A stretch of 64,000 nt of DNA from Balamuthia mandrillaris (Eukaryota). Under the pieces are notes generated by a model. That model did not search any database. It saw only the letters and a program-made list of their open reading frames with translations, and was not told where the DNA came from. Of the stretch, positions 1 to 11,817 are shown in pieces. The stretch's first letter is position 1, and each line of letters starts with the position of its first letter. The stretch covers positions 124,001-188,000 of the forward strand of contig JAVKOQ020000001.1 in assembly GCA_031835245.2 (NCBI GenBank), written 5' to 3'. Made by a program: the position numbers and the translations under genes.

Positions 1-299
1 CTCCACAAAACCAAAAAAAAAACAAACTTGTGAGGAGACGTCACTTTTCGCTGGGCAAAACAAAAAAAATTTTTTTCTCGAGTCGTGTCGACGTTAGCAG
101 AGGTGGTCGGCAATAAATCGGGAAAATTCGCACGAAGCAAAAAAAAAAGGATAGAAAAAAGAAAAGCGGGAAGAAGGAAGGAGTTCAAGCGATCTACTGT
201 TTTTTCTCGCTCTTCTTCTTTTATTTTTTTCTTCGTTATTTATTTATTTTTCGGTTTTAACGTTACTCCGGCCTTTCGTTCGTTGCACTGAGCTTATCC

Positions 300-994
300 A
301 TGCAGAGCAACTCCGCTTCCTCTTCTTCTTCCTCCGCGATGGACATTGAAGAAAAGAACACTTCCCCTTCTTCGACCAACGCTTCCAGCAACGACCCAAC
401 CACCTACCGGCTGGCCCAATTCGAGTGGGGGGTGGACTACGTGTGGTCCACCTGGTCCCTCATGGAGCTGGCCATCAACATGGGCTTTGGTGGACGCAAC
501 ACTCGCGACAAAGTGCGCAACATCAAGCTGGAGGTGTTGGAGCTCTTTGACCACCAAAAGGAGGTGCATCGCGATGAGATAGAGGACCTCCTCTACCAAG
601 CCATCGAAGAGGACCTCCACACGGTGGCGGAGGATGGGAGCGTGGAGATGGTCGCTGACCAAGTTTCACGATGTTGGAAACGGTGGAGCAGCAGTACTGC
701 AGGAAGCTCAAGCTGGAGCTGGACAAAGTGCGCGAGCAAAGACTGACCGGTTGCTTCCCGGATGAGTGCGCTCCGAATCTAATCCCTGCCGACGAGGGAG
801 AGTACAGCGAGAGCGAGAGCGAGGACGAGGAAGAGGGGGAAGAGGGAGAAGGGAAAGAGAAACAGCCACAACAAGAGAGAAGAGGAGGAAGCGGCGGTGA
901 AGAAAAGAAGAAGATAGAAGACGTGGATGAAGATGGATTCACGTTAGTGACCAACAAACGAAACAAAAAGAAAGGCAAGTCCGGCAGTGGATGA
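300..994 (+). CDS. TSR2: Pre-rRNA-processing protein TSR2 homolog (one frameshift near 664-666)
   Basis: ORF 300-746 has a WGG-domain pattern (FEWGVDYVWSTWSLMELAINMGFGG...EIEDLL...AEDGSVEMVA). ORF 671-994 has the acidic tract and the DEDGFTLV..K-rich tail typical of TSR2. One extra T in the TTT run at 664-666 joins them (QVFTMLETVE). Confidence 0.8.
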
Positions 995-1084
995 GGATAA
1001 AAGCGCCTGCATAATAACAAAATAAAAGTTTTACTTCTTTTTCTTCTTCATCTCTTCTTCTTTTTTGTTGTTACTTTCGTTTGT

Positions 1085-2242
1085 TTACTGTACTTCGCCA
1101 AGATAGTCCTTCACCTCAGGGGGAGTCAACACCCTAAATACCTTCTTGCCCTCCACCTGTTGAACCACCGCCAATTCGATGTTGTGCTCCGTCATCTCTC
1201 CCTCGAAACCTTCTTTCAGCGTCAAAATGGCTGTGTGAATGGCATCTTCCAGTCCAATATCTTCCTTGTATCTGTTCCGTTGTTTTTTTTTTGGGTTTTT
1301 AAAATAATAACGAGAAAGAAGGAAAGAAAGAAGAAACAAAGAAAGAGGAACGACAGAAGGAGAAAGGAAACGAAGAGCAGAAAGACAAACCTCTTTTCCA
1401 AGAAAGTTCTAGCATTAACCATGTGTTTGCCGATGGCAGAGGCCTTCCATGCCCAGTAAGAGCCGGAAGGATCCACTTGATACATTTGGGGGCCGGCGAT
1501 GTCGTCATAACCAGCTACCAACAAACTCACACCAAATGGCCGCACTCCTCTATAGACACAAAATTATAAGGTTACTCAAAGTAAATAAGGGAGGAAAATG
1601 AGGAGAAGCGACAGCGTGAGAACAGGAGGAAGAGAAGCTGAGAGAGAAGCGTGAAGAGAACAGAAGCAAAAAAGCATGAACAGAGTGAATGGAGAAAGAA
1701 AGAGGTCCAAACCCAGATTGTGTGAACTCCTGCATGACAAAGGCCATTTCTCGCACGATCTGAGAGACTGGAATGGGGCTCTGGTACATGCGGTAGTAGG
1801 CCTGAGCGATCTTTCTGCCCTTGCGCACGAGGACACGCGAGTCAGGCCCCATGCCAGCGTACACGCAGCCCACGTGGTCCGTCAGCATGCTGATCTTTTG
1901 GAAGGAGGTCTCGTCCATAAGAGAGGGAAGCTTCTTCTCGGTCGCCAACACCACTCCATCAGTGGCTGCAGTGAAAAAAGTTTCCCAATGAGAATTTAAA
2001 AGCAACAAAAAAAGGTAGGAAACACAAGAACAACGTTCGAAAAGAAAACAAAAGAGAGAAAAGAATAAGATGAATGACGGACAGCACGAAGAGAGGGAAG
2101 AAAGAAAGCAAAAAAAAAAGGAACCTTTGATGCCAAGAGCAGTGCTGCCAGCAGCCACAGCGTGGAGGGCGTATTCGATTTGGACCAGCTTGCCAGAAGG
2201 GCTGAACGTGGTCAAAGAGAAAGAGTAGCGATCGTCCATCAT
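1085..2242 (-). CDS. PSMA2: 20S proteasome subunit alpha type-2, 4 exons
   Basis: Exon translations: [38 protein letters not shown]...[21 protein letters not shown]...[34 protein letters not shown]. They are separated by GT-AG introns. Confidence 0.96.
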
Positions 2243-2444
2243 TTTTCGGTCGTCTACAAAGCGTATCAGAAGAGCTTTTTTTTTGTGTTCCTCTTTCACC
2301 ACCAAAAAAAAAAAAAAAACTGTGTCTTTGCTTTTGCGCCACGCAAAGCCTTCGTGGTGGGTTTGCTGTCGACACACGTCCTCCCGGCGTGTTCAATTTG
2401 AGCGGTTTTCGTTGTCGACATATGTTGGCCATGATTGCATTTAA

Positions 2445-2460
2445 CGCTAACCCTAACCTT
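2445..2460. promoter_or_regulatory. Telobox-like motif CGCTAACCCTAACCT, copy 1 (PSMA2/PIS divergent intergenic region)
   Basis: Exact 15-mer also present at 2537, 7008 and 14754, each time upstream of a housekeeping gene. A regulatory role is inferred. Confidence 0.55.
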
Positions 2461-2536
2461 AAATGATTTGAGAAAAATTACCGCTTCCGCAGCGCCAGCT
2501 TGTGTGCAAAAATAGGGGACGACTTACGGAAGGAGC

Positions 2537-2551
2537 CGCTAACCCTAACCT
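2537..2551. promoter_or_regulatory. Telobox-like motif, copy 2
   Basis: CGCTAACCCTAACCT, about 180 bp upstream of the PIS ATG. Confidence 0.55.
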
Positions 2552-2733
2552 AAAATGTTCCTGCAAAATTTGGCGCCTTTCGCACAGCAGCCACGTCGCT
2601 ATGCCACCTTAAACCCCTCCAAACGAGCAACTGATGAGGAGAAATCGTTGTCCATTTTCACCAAATAAAAGAAAAGACCAAACAAACAAGAAAGACAAAC
2701 AAACAAACAACCGGCCTTGCGCGCGCACACAAA

Positions 2734-2800
2734 ATGGTGTCCCCGGTCTATTTCTTTGTGCCTAATCTGATCGGTAAAAAACTCTTTTTTTTTTGCGTCT

Positions 2801-2835
<35 letters not shown>

Positions 2836-3756
2836 CTCTCTCTTTTCTTCCTCTCAAAGAATTGTTTTTTTTATTTTTTTTTAAAAAAGGATATGTGAGA
2901 GTGGCATTGGCTTGCATCGCTTTCTACGTGAGCTTCACCGACTACAAGCTGTTTTTCGTGTGTTATGGCCTCAGCGAAATACTTGACGCCATCGACGGAC
3001 ACGCCGCTAGGGCTTTTGGTCAATGTATGCTTCTCTTGCTTTCTTATTCTTCTTCATTCTTCTTTCTTCTACTTTTTTAATTTACTTTTTTTTCTTTATT
3101 TTTCTATCTGTTTTTTGTACTTTTCTTTTTCTTTTTCTTTTTCTTTTCTTTTTTTTGTTTTTTCTTTGTTTTGTTGTTGTTGTTTTTCTTTGTTTGAAAG
3201 CCTCAAAGTTTGGAGCGGTGTTGGACATGGTAACGGACCGCTGCGCCACGACCTGTCTCTTGATGGTGCTCTCCTTCTTCTACCGCGACCACATCCTCTA
3301 CTTCACCGCCGTTGTGGCTCTTGACATTGCTAGCCACTATGCTCATCTTTACAGGTACCGTTCTTCCTTCTTCTTGCTTCTTGCTTCTTTCTTCTTCTTT
3401 ACATATTTTGTTAACCAAACCAAAATAGTTCATTGGCGAGAAGGTTGGCCAGTCACAAGGCCATCGACCAAACGGCCAACCCGCTGCTGCGCATCTACTA
3501 CACCAACCGCGCGGCCCTGGGGGCTCTCTGCTTTGGCAACGAGGCCTTCTTCCTGTTGCTCTACGTCGCTCACTTTGAGAGCGGCCTCTCCCTCTTCTTC
3601 TTCAACAATCAGGAGATGACTCTTGTGAGGGTGTTGACGATGGTAGTGGCGCCGTTGATGTTGGCCAAGCAGCTGATGAACGTCATTCAGCTGAAGCAGG
3701 CGGCCACTGACCTCGCGAAACTCGACGAAGTGGAGCACTATGGCAAGAAGCAGTAA
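2734..3756 (+). CDS. PIS1: CDP-diacylglycerol--inositol 3-phosphatidyltransferase (PI synthase), 4 exons
   Basis: MVSPVYFFVPNLIG|YVRVAL, then the CDP-alcohol phosphotransferase motif DAIDGHAARAFGQ..SKFGAVLDMVTDR, LDIASH, and SHK...NPLLRIYY...LCFGNEAF. Confidence 0.95.
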
Positions 3757-4163
3757 CTCCTCTTCTCATTCTTTTTTTTCTATGTTATCGAATGTTATCG
3801 ATCTTTTGATTATCTGTGAATAGAAAATTTTCTCCCAACCACGACGTCCACTCTTGAAGAACAACAGCTGCTGCTGCACACTTTTCCGATATGATGGCTG
3901 TCGTAAACGGCTAGCTGATGCGTGGATTCGAACTATATACTGTTCGTTCTGATCAGGTAGTGCACTCCTGATTTTTTTGTTTATCTCTCTCTCTTCTTTT
4001 CTCTACCTCCCTCCCGACGTTCTTTTGGTTTTCTTGGCCGCCTCTGTCTGCCTCGTCATGGATTGTTATGCGGTGGTGCAAGTGTCTAACTTGGTTGTTA
4101 CAAACAAATAGAGAAGAGAGTCAACCCATTTTTATTTTATTTTATTTTATTATTATTTTTGCA

Positions 4164-6890
4164 TCAAGAGGAGAGTTGTTTGTCCAAAGTTTCAGAGACA
4201 GATTTTGGTGTCAGCTTGCCTTGAGACAGTTTAAGCACCTGCCCCAACAAGAACTGCTTCACCCCCTTTCTTCCCGCTTTGTACTTGGCGACATCCTTTG
4301 GATTCTCCGCAATGACCTGCGCACACAGTTTCTCCACCAATTGTTCGTCTTCCACTAGCATCCATCCTTTCTCTTTCACAATCTCTTCCGCTTCTCTTCT
4401 TACTTGCTTCTCTGTTTGCTCCTCTTCTTGTTCTTCGGCATCAAGACCTTCTTCAAACATAACGGCGAGCACTTGCTTGCCAACTTTGCCAGAGATGGAA
4501 CCTCTCTCCAAGAGTTGAATGATGGACGCGAGTTGCTTGGGCGAAACGGGAGAAGTTGACATTTCTCTCGAGTTCTGCTTCAACAATCCAAACAAGTCCG
4601 AAGTGATCCAATTCGATACCGTTTGTGCTGCCTCTTTCTTCTTCTCTTCGTCAGCTTGGTTCTTCTCTTCTCCTTTCTGCGGTGAAGGTGAAAGCAAGTG
4701 ACGAACAGTTGCTTCCAAAAAGTCTGCTGTCGCTTCGTCCTGAACTAACACGCTCGAATCGTAATGACTCAGCTGATAGTCCCTCATGAAGCGCTTCAAA
4801 CGTTCATCCGGCATTTCGGGCAAGCTTTGTTGAATGTCCCCCACAACCTGAGAGGAGAGGATAAGAGGGGGAAGATCCGGTTCGGGAAAGTAACGATAGT
4901 CCACTTCGTCCTCTTTGGAGCGCATGCGAGAGGTTATGCCGTTGATGCCATCGAAGCTGCGCGTTTCCTGATGGACGCGTTCTCCTTGTTCTAAGAGTTG
5001 GGTCTGTCTTTGTATTTCGTACTCTATTTTTGTTTTTGTTTTCAGATTAAAAATATAAAAAGATAAGACCAAGGGATAAACGAATAATACAAAAGAACTT
5101 GACGATGAGATAAAGAGAAACTGGACGAACCTATAGCTCGAGTAATAGATTTGATGCTATTCACATTTTTGACCTCGCAGCGAGTGCCAAGCTCGGAGGA
5201 ACCCTTGCGGCGAACAGACACGTTGACGTCACAACGAAGAGCAGAAGCATCCATAGACTTCTGATCAATCACTCCTACGTGCTTCAGCAACTGCTGCATT
5301 CGTTGAAGATATTCGGCTGCTTCTTCAGCTGAACTGTTTTTTTTTTTTTGTTTTGTTTTTGTTTTTGTTTTTGTTTTTGTAAACGAGTGAGAAAGGAAGA
5401 AGGAAGAAGGAAGAGGAAGGAAGCAGAAGAAAAACCTGATTTGGGGTTTAGAAATAATCTCAAGAAGAGCCATGCCAGCTCTGTTCAAATCTACAAATGT
5501 TTGGTCTGGATGTTGGTCATGAAATGACTTTCCACTGTCCTGGAATACCATTCAGTTTGTCATTTCAGTCTGAAGAAAGAACAAAAAGCAGGAACGAGAA
5601 GAGGCAAAAAAACACAAAGAGAAAGGAGAAAAAAAACCTGCTCTAATTGTATCCGATCCAGTTCAACTATCCGCTCTTGCGAGGTGCCGGGAAACAGTAC
5701 AATGCGTCCTCCCTTTACAATTGGTGCTATAACATCAAATATAAAATTAGAAGCGAACTAAGTATAAACGTTATGCTATAACATGATTGGAACAAGAGCT
5801 AGAAACGAACCGCCTTGTTGCGTGATTTGATAGCCAGAAGGTAAGTCGCAGTAGAAGTAATGTTTGCGGTCAAAAGTGGAGACAGGGTTGATGCTGCCAT
5901 TGAAAGCCAATCCAGCTCTTATCGCTTGTTCCACACATTTTTGATTGAGCGACTGTTTTATTTGTTCGTGGATGAGAAAAAAATAAAGAGAAGAAGAGAA
6001 GAGAAGAGAACCATGAGGAGAAGAGAAGATAACGACGAAGAAGAGAGAAGCGAGAACGAGAGAAGCAGAGATTTGTTACAGGAAGAGTTCCAGGATAGGC
6101 AGCATCAAAAAAAGAGACGTTCGTGTTTGGTGCAGCATCAAAAGAAGCACTCGCAACTATTTTTGTGTTTTTTTGTTTTTTGATGAACAAACCAAGAAGA
6201 AGAACAAGAAGAAGAACAAGAACAAGAACAAGAAGAAGAACAAGAACAAGGAGAAGAACAAGAAGAAGAACAAGAACAAGAACAAGAAGAAGAACAAGAA
6301 CAAGAACAAGAAGAAGAACAAGAACAAGAAGAACAAGAAGAAGAACAAGAACAAGAACAAGAAGAAGAACAAGAACAAGAACAAGAACAAGAACAAGAAC
6401 AAGAACAAGAACAAGAACAAGAACAAGAACAAGAACAAGAACAAGAACAAGAACAAGAACAAGAACAAGAACAAGAACAAGAACAAGAACAAGAACAAGA
6501 ACAAGAACAAGAACAAGAACAAGAACAAGAACAAGAACAAGAACCTGAAAAGAGTTTAGTGTTAGAGGCCACTTGAGCGTGCACCTCAAGTCCGATGACT
6601 GCTTCCCAGTAAGCGTCGCCTTCTTTAGCTTCAACAGTGGTCGTTGAAACAGGCGCAGAAGAGGAAGACGCAGCACTTTTTGTTGTCGTCGCAAAAAACT
6701 TTCGTTGTCGATGAAAAGAAAGTTTGGTGTTACAATCATCGGAAGAAGAAGAAGCAGAGAGGCGATGAAAAGGAGTGCTGTGGTGGCACAACGGCTTTGT
6801 GCGTGGAGAAAAGAAGTATGCAGTGGGAGAACGCGTGGCGGTGGTGAACGCCGGCGGACCGCGCCGCAGCAGCACCTCGCTTCTTCTCAT
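4164..6890 (-). CDS. gatB: Glutamyl-tRNA(Gln) amidotransferase subunit B, mitochondrial (GatB/PET112), multi-exon
   Basis: Arg/Ser-rich transit-like N-terminus. Motifs: [96 protein letters not shown], and a C-terminal Yqey-like domain. Confidence 0.96.
6193..6544. repeat. (AAGAAC)n hexamer microsatellite filling GatB intron 1
   Basis: Directly visible. It lies inside a GT-AG intron at about 6157-6544. Confidence 0.95.
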
Positions 6891-7007
6891 CTCTCTTTGC
6901 GCTACTCTTTTTTTTCCGGTTATCAGTGCGGGTTCGACTCTTGGTTTTGACAAAACACTTTTTTTGTTCATTTCTCCAGATTTATGTCGACTGCAAGGTA
7001 AACGAAC

Positions 7008-7022
7008 CGCTAACCCTAACCT
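7008..7022. promoter_or_regulatory. Telobox-like motif, copy 3
   Basis: CGCTAACCCTAACCT, about 120 bp upstream of the GatB ATG. Confidence 0.55.
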
Positions 7023-7099
7023 TAATATCGCACAGAAATGTTGCCCTCACTTCCCTGCCCAGAAGCACTTGGAATTCTTATTTTTTTTTTTGTTGTTTG

Positions 7100-10000
7100 T
7101 TGTCGTGGGTGCGGCACTATCTCTATATGAGATAGAGAGACAAAAAGCTAAATACTGTGGCTTGACTATCGGTTTTTTTCTAACGATAAGCTTTTGTGGA
7201 CAATAGATATTGCGAATATTATCGCGTTTATTGATAATTTTGTTGGCGACACTCGTAGAAGCAGTTTCGCTTGGCGTTGATGCAAAGGGTAACGTTGCAA
7301 TGGGAGCAAAAAAAGTGAGAACGGGCGTGGTTCTTCCGTTTTGGGTGCTTGTGGTACCACAGCACACAGTTTTGTTGGTTTCCACACCGGGGTAAATGGG
7401 CGAAGTCTTTGCTGAAACGCTCTTCTGGTAGTTGACGGTCAACATGGATTCGGGTGCGCTTTTTTTTTCGTGGCGGGAAGGAGGTGGTGGCAGTAGCAGT
7501 TGAAGGAGGCAGAGGTGGGGGCTCGCCTGCGAAAATACTGGGGTTATCCACCAAACAACAGATCAACTCTTCAATAGCACGTCGCATCTTCAAAGGCCGT
7601 GTAGGTACCATCAAGTTCCAAATGCGAAACACACTGATGATAGCTTGGTCAAAGACGTAAAAGAACAAACCTTTCCACCACTTCTTTGATTTGCAGTGGG
7701 CCGTCATCCGTGAGCGTAGCATATCTCCGCAGTCATTCCCGCCCATTCCGAGGTTAAAGTCCACAGCGGCTGTGGGGCAAGCACGTTCAATTCGTCCAGC
7801 GTGTCCTTTGACTCTTCGAAGAACAACGCCTGCCGTGGGCTTGTGGTAGGAAGACAAGAATTGAACCAGGGAAGAGTCCTTGCAAGCAAAAGCGTTGACT
7901 CCACGGTTATGCAGCACCATCCACTGTCCAGGCTCTAGATCCTCTCTCACTAAAGCAGTTGGGAAGCCGCGATCGGTACGGCACGTTCCGCAGATGTAAG
8001 TGTTGTAAGTTTTAGCCGCTTGCACCAACTTGAAAGCTGTGTACAGTCGGTCCATGAAAAGAACATGCCCAGAGTAAGTCAGCTGCTGAATGAGCTCGAT
8101 GGTTTGATCAAAGTGGGTGATACCTGGGAAATCGATCATGCAAGCAAGTAACACGCCAGTTGTTGTGGAGATGGCCTCTATCTGCACACCAACGGTTATG
8201 AATTTCTTTGGTAGTTTGATGTGTTGCAAGCCTGTAGGGTGTCCGTTCTTAATGCACTGTTCGTCTCGAGAGAGAAAACGGGATGGGGAAAAGTTGGCCT
8301 TACAACGCTTGTTGAAACATGAGAAGAGTTCTTCTACTTTCCAGTAGGGAGTCGTGTGGGCGCCAGGAGTGTCTTGATCCGGATTGTAGATACAAAAGAA
8401 AGAAGAAATAGCCCTCCATCGGTCTCTGCTCATGATTTGGTTCAACCGTGAACAGTCCACAGAATACTGAGAACCAGAGGACCAGAACTCATCGCGGGAC
8501 ACGCTTTTCCCCAAGCAATTTTTGCCCAGTAATACAGCCAACCACCTCTTCATGTCTTCCACAGTAACTGGAACCCAGTTTGCAAAGTACTTTGGTCATC
8601 CAGCGTACTTATAATAATTTGGCCTTGCTTCGGTTCCAATCAAGATCTCCGCTTTCCGGTTGGTGTAGCTTACCCACGTGGTTATCAAGTCCAAAGTGAT
8701 GTACTGAAGGAACAAATCGAGCAACGAAAACCTTGCGCCAAGGTTCTCGCGACTTTCTGATGGGCCTTCTGTCTCGGGACCATCAAATGGAAAATCAGAA
8801 AGCTCTTTGAAAGGAGGTTCCGTATCCTCTTCCCACCCCCAGTAACAACTTTCAAGGATCCGAAACGCTTTGACCATCTTTTTGCCGCTGTAGGGGAGGC
8901 CACGAGCAACACAAAAAGCTTCCAGTTGTTTTCCCGTGTGCAGCATCAAAAAGTACATACAACGAAGGTGCTCCATCCCTGCAAGGGTTGCGTCATCCAA
9001 CATTTGAACAACGTTTGACCCCAGCCGCTCTCTTAACCAAGCCTCGTTGTCTTCGAACTTGACTTGTTTTTCATCTCCAAGTTTTTCTTTGATTTCTTCT
9101 ACTAAGCGAACAGGATTTCCAAGTACTTCTCTCAAAAAATCAAAATCACTGCTTCTTTCCATCGGTTCGCACACACCCTCCGCTACTTGTCCTGTTGTAG
9201 TCTCTACCGTCCCCTCCAATCTCTCCCATGCCTCCAACGACTTTTGGAAGTCTTTCTTTCTTTGGTGTCCTTGTGCGTATTTCTTGTGCTGAGAATGCCG
9301 AGCTGTTTGCTCTTTCTCTGTTTCTTTGTCATTCTTGGTCAGCAACCACAACCACGCTTCATGGAGAAAGTTCTTTTGTTTCACTCGTAAATGCATAGGA
9401 AATCACAGGGGTCACATACTGAGCAAGAAGTGCATTCCTTTCCCAGATCATTTGTCATTTTCCTGGGCACTCATATGCTTTACAGGGTCTGGATGCTCTT
9501 CAATGAAAACTACTCTCATGCTCCAAGAAGTCAATCATGTTCTGCAGGCGCGTATGGAGGACATTGTTCTTGAGGGTAAGACGACAGCCATAGAGCAAAA
9601 CTGTCATTTGAATGGGATTGCCAAAATGTTGGATGCTGTTAAGGAGATCACAGGTGCGGCAGGAGGAATCTTTGAGCATGCTTCTATTACCCCACGACGC
9701 CTTCTACATACAGTAGTTGCAACTACCTGTACATTGCATGTTCTGATACGGCATCTTAAGGCCAGGGTATGATGGCACCTTGCTTCTTTGCTGCTTCAAC
9801 TGATTGATGCACCGCAGAGTATGAAACTGTGTCCTGTCCTAGATAATGCTTCACTACAAAAAATACCTGCGAGTTCACAAGGGGGACAAAACGGTCTCCA
9901 GTTGGAGGGCTCATTTCCGACCCAAGTTAGAGCGGCGAGTGGGTGTTGAGACCACAAAGAGACCGGGATGTGCGTGTTTTGAGCCAAAAGAGGCTGAAAG

Positions 10001-11450
10001 GAGATTGATGTGAGGAGCAAATGAGAGTGTATTGAGACCATAATGAGAATAAAAGCAAGCAAGAAACGAGAGCGTTTTGAGCAGCAGCATCCTCAGGTCA
10101 GTGGTGTTCTCTTCGCGGTGCCACTTGGTTGGTTGTCCGAAGTAGGGCGCCAACCGCTAAGTCACTTAACTGCTGCTATCTTCCTCTTCCTCCTCTTCGT
10201 CTTCTTGTTGGTCCTCGTTCATTGTTTTCTTCTTCTGGCTGTTCCTAATTTTCGTCTTGTTCTTCATCTTCTTGTTCTTCTTCTTGTTCTTCTTCTGCTT
10301 CTCCTTCTTCTTGATCTTCCTCATCTTCGTCTTCATCTCCATCGCCTTCTTCTTCTTGGTCTTCTTCTTTATATTCATCATTGTCCTCTTCCTCTTCGTC
10401 TTCCTCCTCTTCGTCGTCATTGTTGTCATTGTCATATGCATCCAGGGGTGGCCTGAGTTCGTCATCTTCGTCGTCCTCCTCCTGTTGTTCAAAAGCTCCA
10501 ATGATGTCCTTTTCCTCTTCCTCTTCCTCTTTCTCTTCTCTATCATCGTTGCCATCTTCTGGACATATAACTCAAGCATCCTCTGTAAATACGCCGGGCT
10601 TTTCATCACTAGCTGTCTCATCACCTGCACTTAAATCAACATCTTTTCTTTTACAATACTGATCCTTTTTTTTTTTCATTCTATTTTTTCTTCTTCCACA
10701 GATGCTTTGCTGGACTTGCCAGTTAAGCTAAAGTGATAACATGAAAATATGGAGCAGATGAACAAACTAATAAATATAAAGATAACAATAAGTTAGAAAA
10801 AAGTCTTTCAAAAAAAGGAGAAAACCTTCCGTGTAGATGTCAAGCTGACTTGTTAGGCCTTTGGAAGCTTGAGAAAATGTGCGAACATGCATCATGGCAA
10901 AGTCTCCTCGATCCTTGGTATGGAGGGTGTATAACTCCAGAAGTTGAGCGAGTACCTTCTCCTTACTGCACCAAAAAAAGAAGTAAGGACGCTTGGAGAC
11001 GCTCAGAGGGAGAGCAAACACCAAAAGCGATACGTATCTTGGTCGTCAAAAAGACCCAACATAATGCACAAATTGGAAACCGATCAAAAAAAGCTAAATC
11101 TGAACCATGAGAGCTCTGGATGAAAGGGAGAAAGCAACGGACGAGTGAAAAAGTTAAAAAATGAACGATCATAAAAAGAAAACAAAATACTGCACTTGAA
11201 AGACACGATACACGGTCCGTCATGCCAATATTCTTGAGTCGCTTCCTGGTATTCCCGATGTTTTTTTTGTCTTTGATCCTCTGGACCTCGACGGATCTGG
11301 CGGGAGCTGTTGATGAAGTTGTTTCTGTAAAGATCTGGGTGGGCAATAGTCATCATAAGGCGTTGATGACACACGCGCAACCGCACCAAGTAAGCAAACA
11401 AAGAAAGGCGCTAGATAGACCGGAAAAAAAAGATTTAAAAGGGGGAGCTC
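7100..11450 (-). mobile_element. Decayed piggyBac-like element (boundaries approximate)
   Basis: Transposase plus a decayed upstream coding-like region with an acidic tract. Parts of 9220-10740 recur inverted at about 29990-31200. I found no TTAA-flanked TIRs. Confidence 0.55.
7228..9396 (-). pseudogene. piggyBac-family (PGBD, DDD) transposase with an in-frame stop at 8596-8598
   Basis: Catalytic-type motifs SRDEQC, FMDRLYT, CGTCRTDRG, FNLGMGGNDCGD and KKWWKGLFFY, plus a C-terminal Cys-rich tail (FCSHCNVTLC...CF). ORF 8596-9396 is in frame with 7228-8562 across a single TGA. Confidence 0.9.
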
Positions 11451-11817
11451 ACCGCGTTTTCTTCGCGAATGGATTTCTTTACGTTGGTTAGATGCTTCGT
11501 TGTTTTCACGGTTATTCTAATGCTACGTTCTCTTGGGCTATCTGTATATCCCGTCAGTAAATGCCTTCAATCAATGTTTTTTATCTCTAAATTCAAAGTT
11601 CTTCTTGGAAAATTTTTAGAAGTAAAAATTTTTGGGCGGCTATTTTTCTTTTTGTCAACACCGAAAGTCGTTAGCGGAGAGCCAACTTTTGGACCCATCG
11701 CGCTCCGCCCCCTTTTTTTTTTTTTTAATTTTTGTTATTCTTTTCTCTCAAACTGAGAGAAGGTTTCAAAAAATAAACAAATATTTGTTGGTATTTTAAA
11801 AACACAAGAGGGGTTTT

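Noticed and set aside
2445..2551. Telomere or interstitial telomeric array
   Set aside because: Only about two TAACCC units per site, so it is treated as a motif rather than an array.
5870..6739. Long (LV)n, (RT)n, (KN)n and (SC)n ORFs
   Set aside because: Translations of the intronic (AAGAAC)n microsatellite. The same applies to the ORFs over 16350-16665, 21317-21786, 38185-38820 and 55230-56189.
8596..8598. Programmed readthrough or selenocysteine at the piggyBac TGA
   Set aside because: More stops and frameshifts lie upstream and no SECIS is evident. A point mutation is the simpler explanation.
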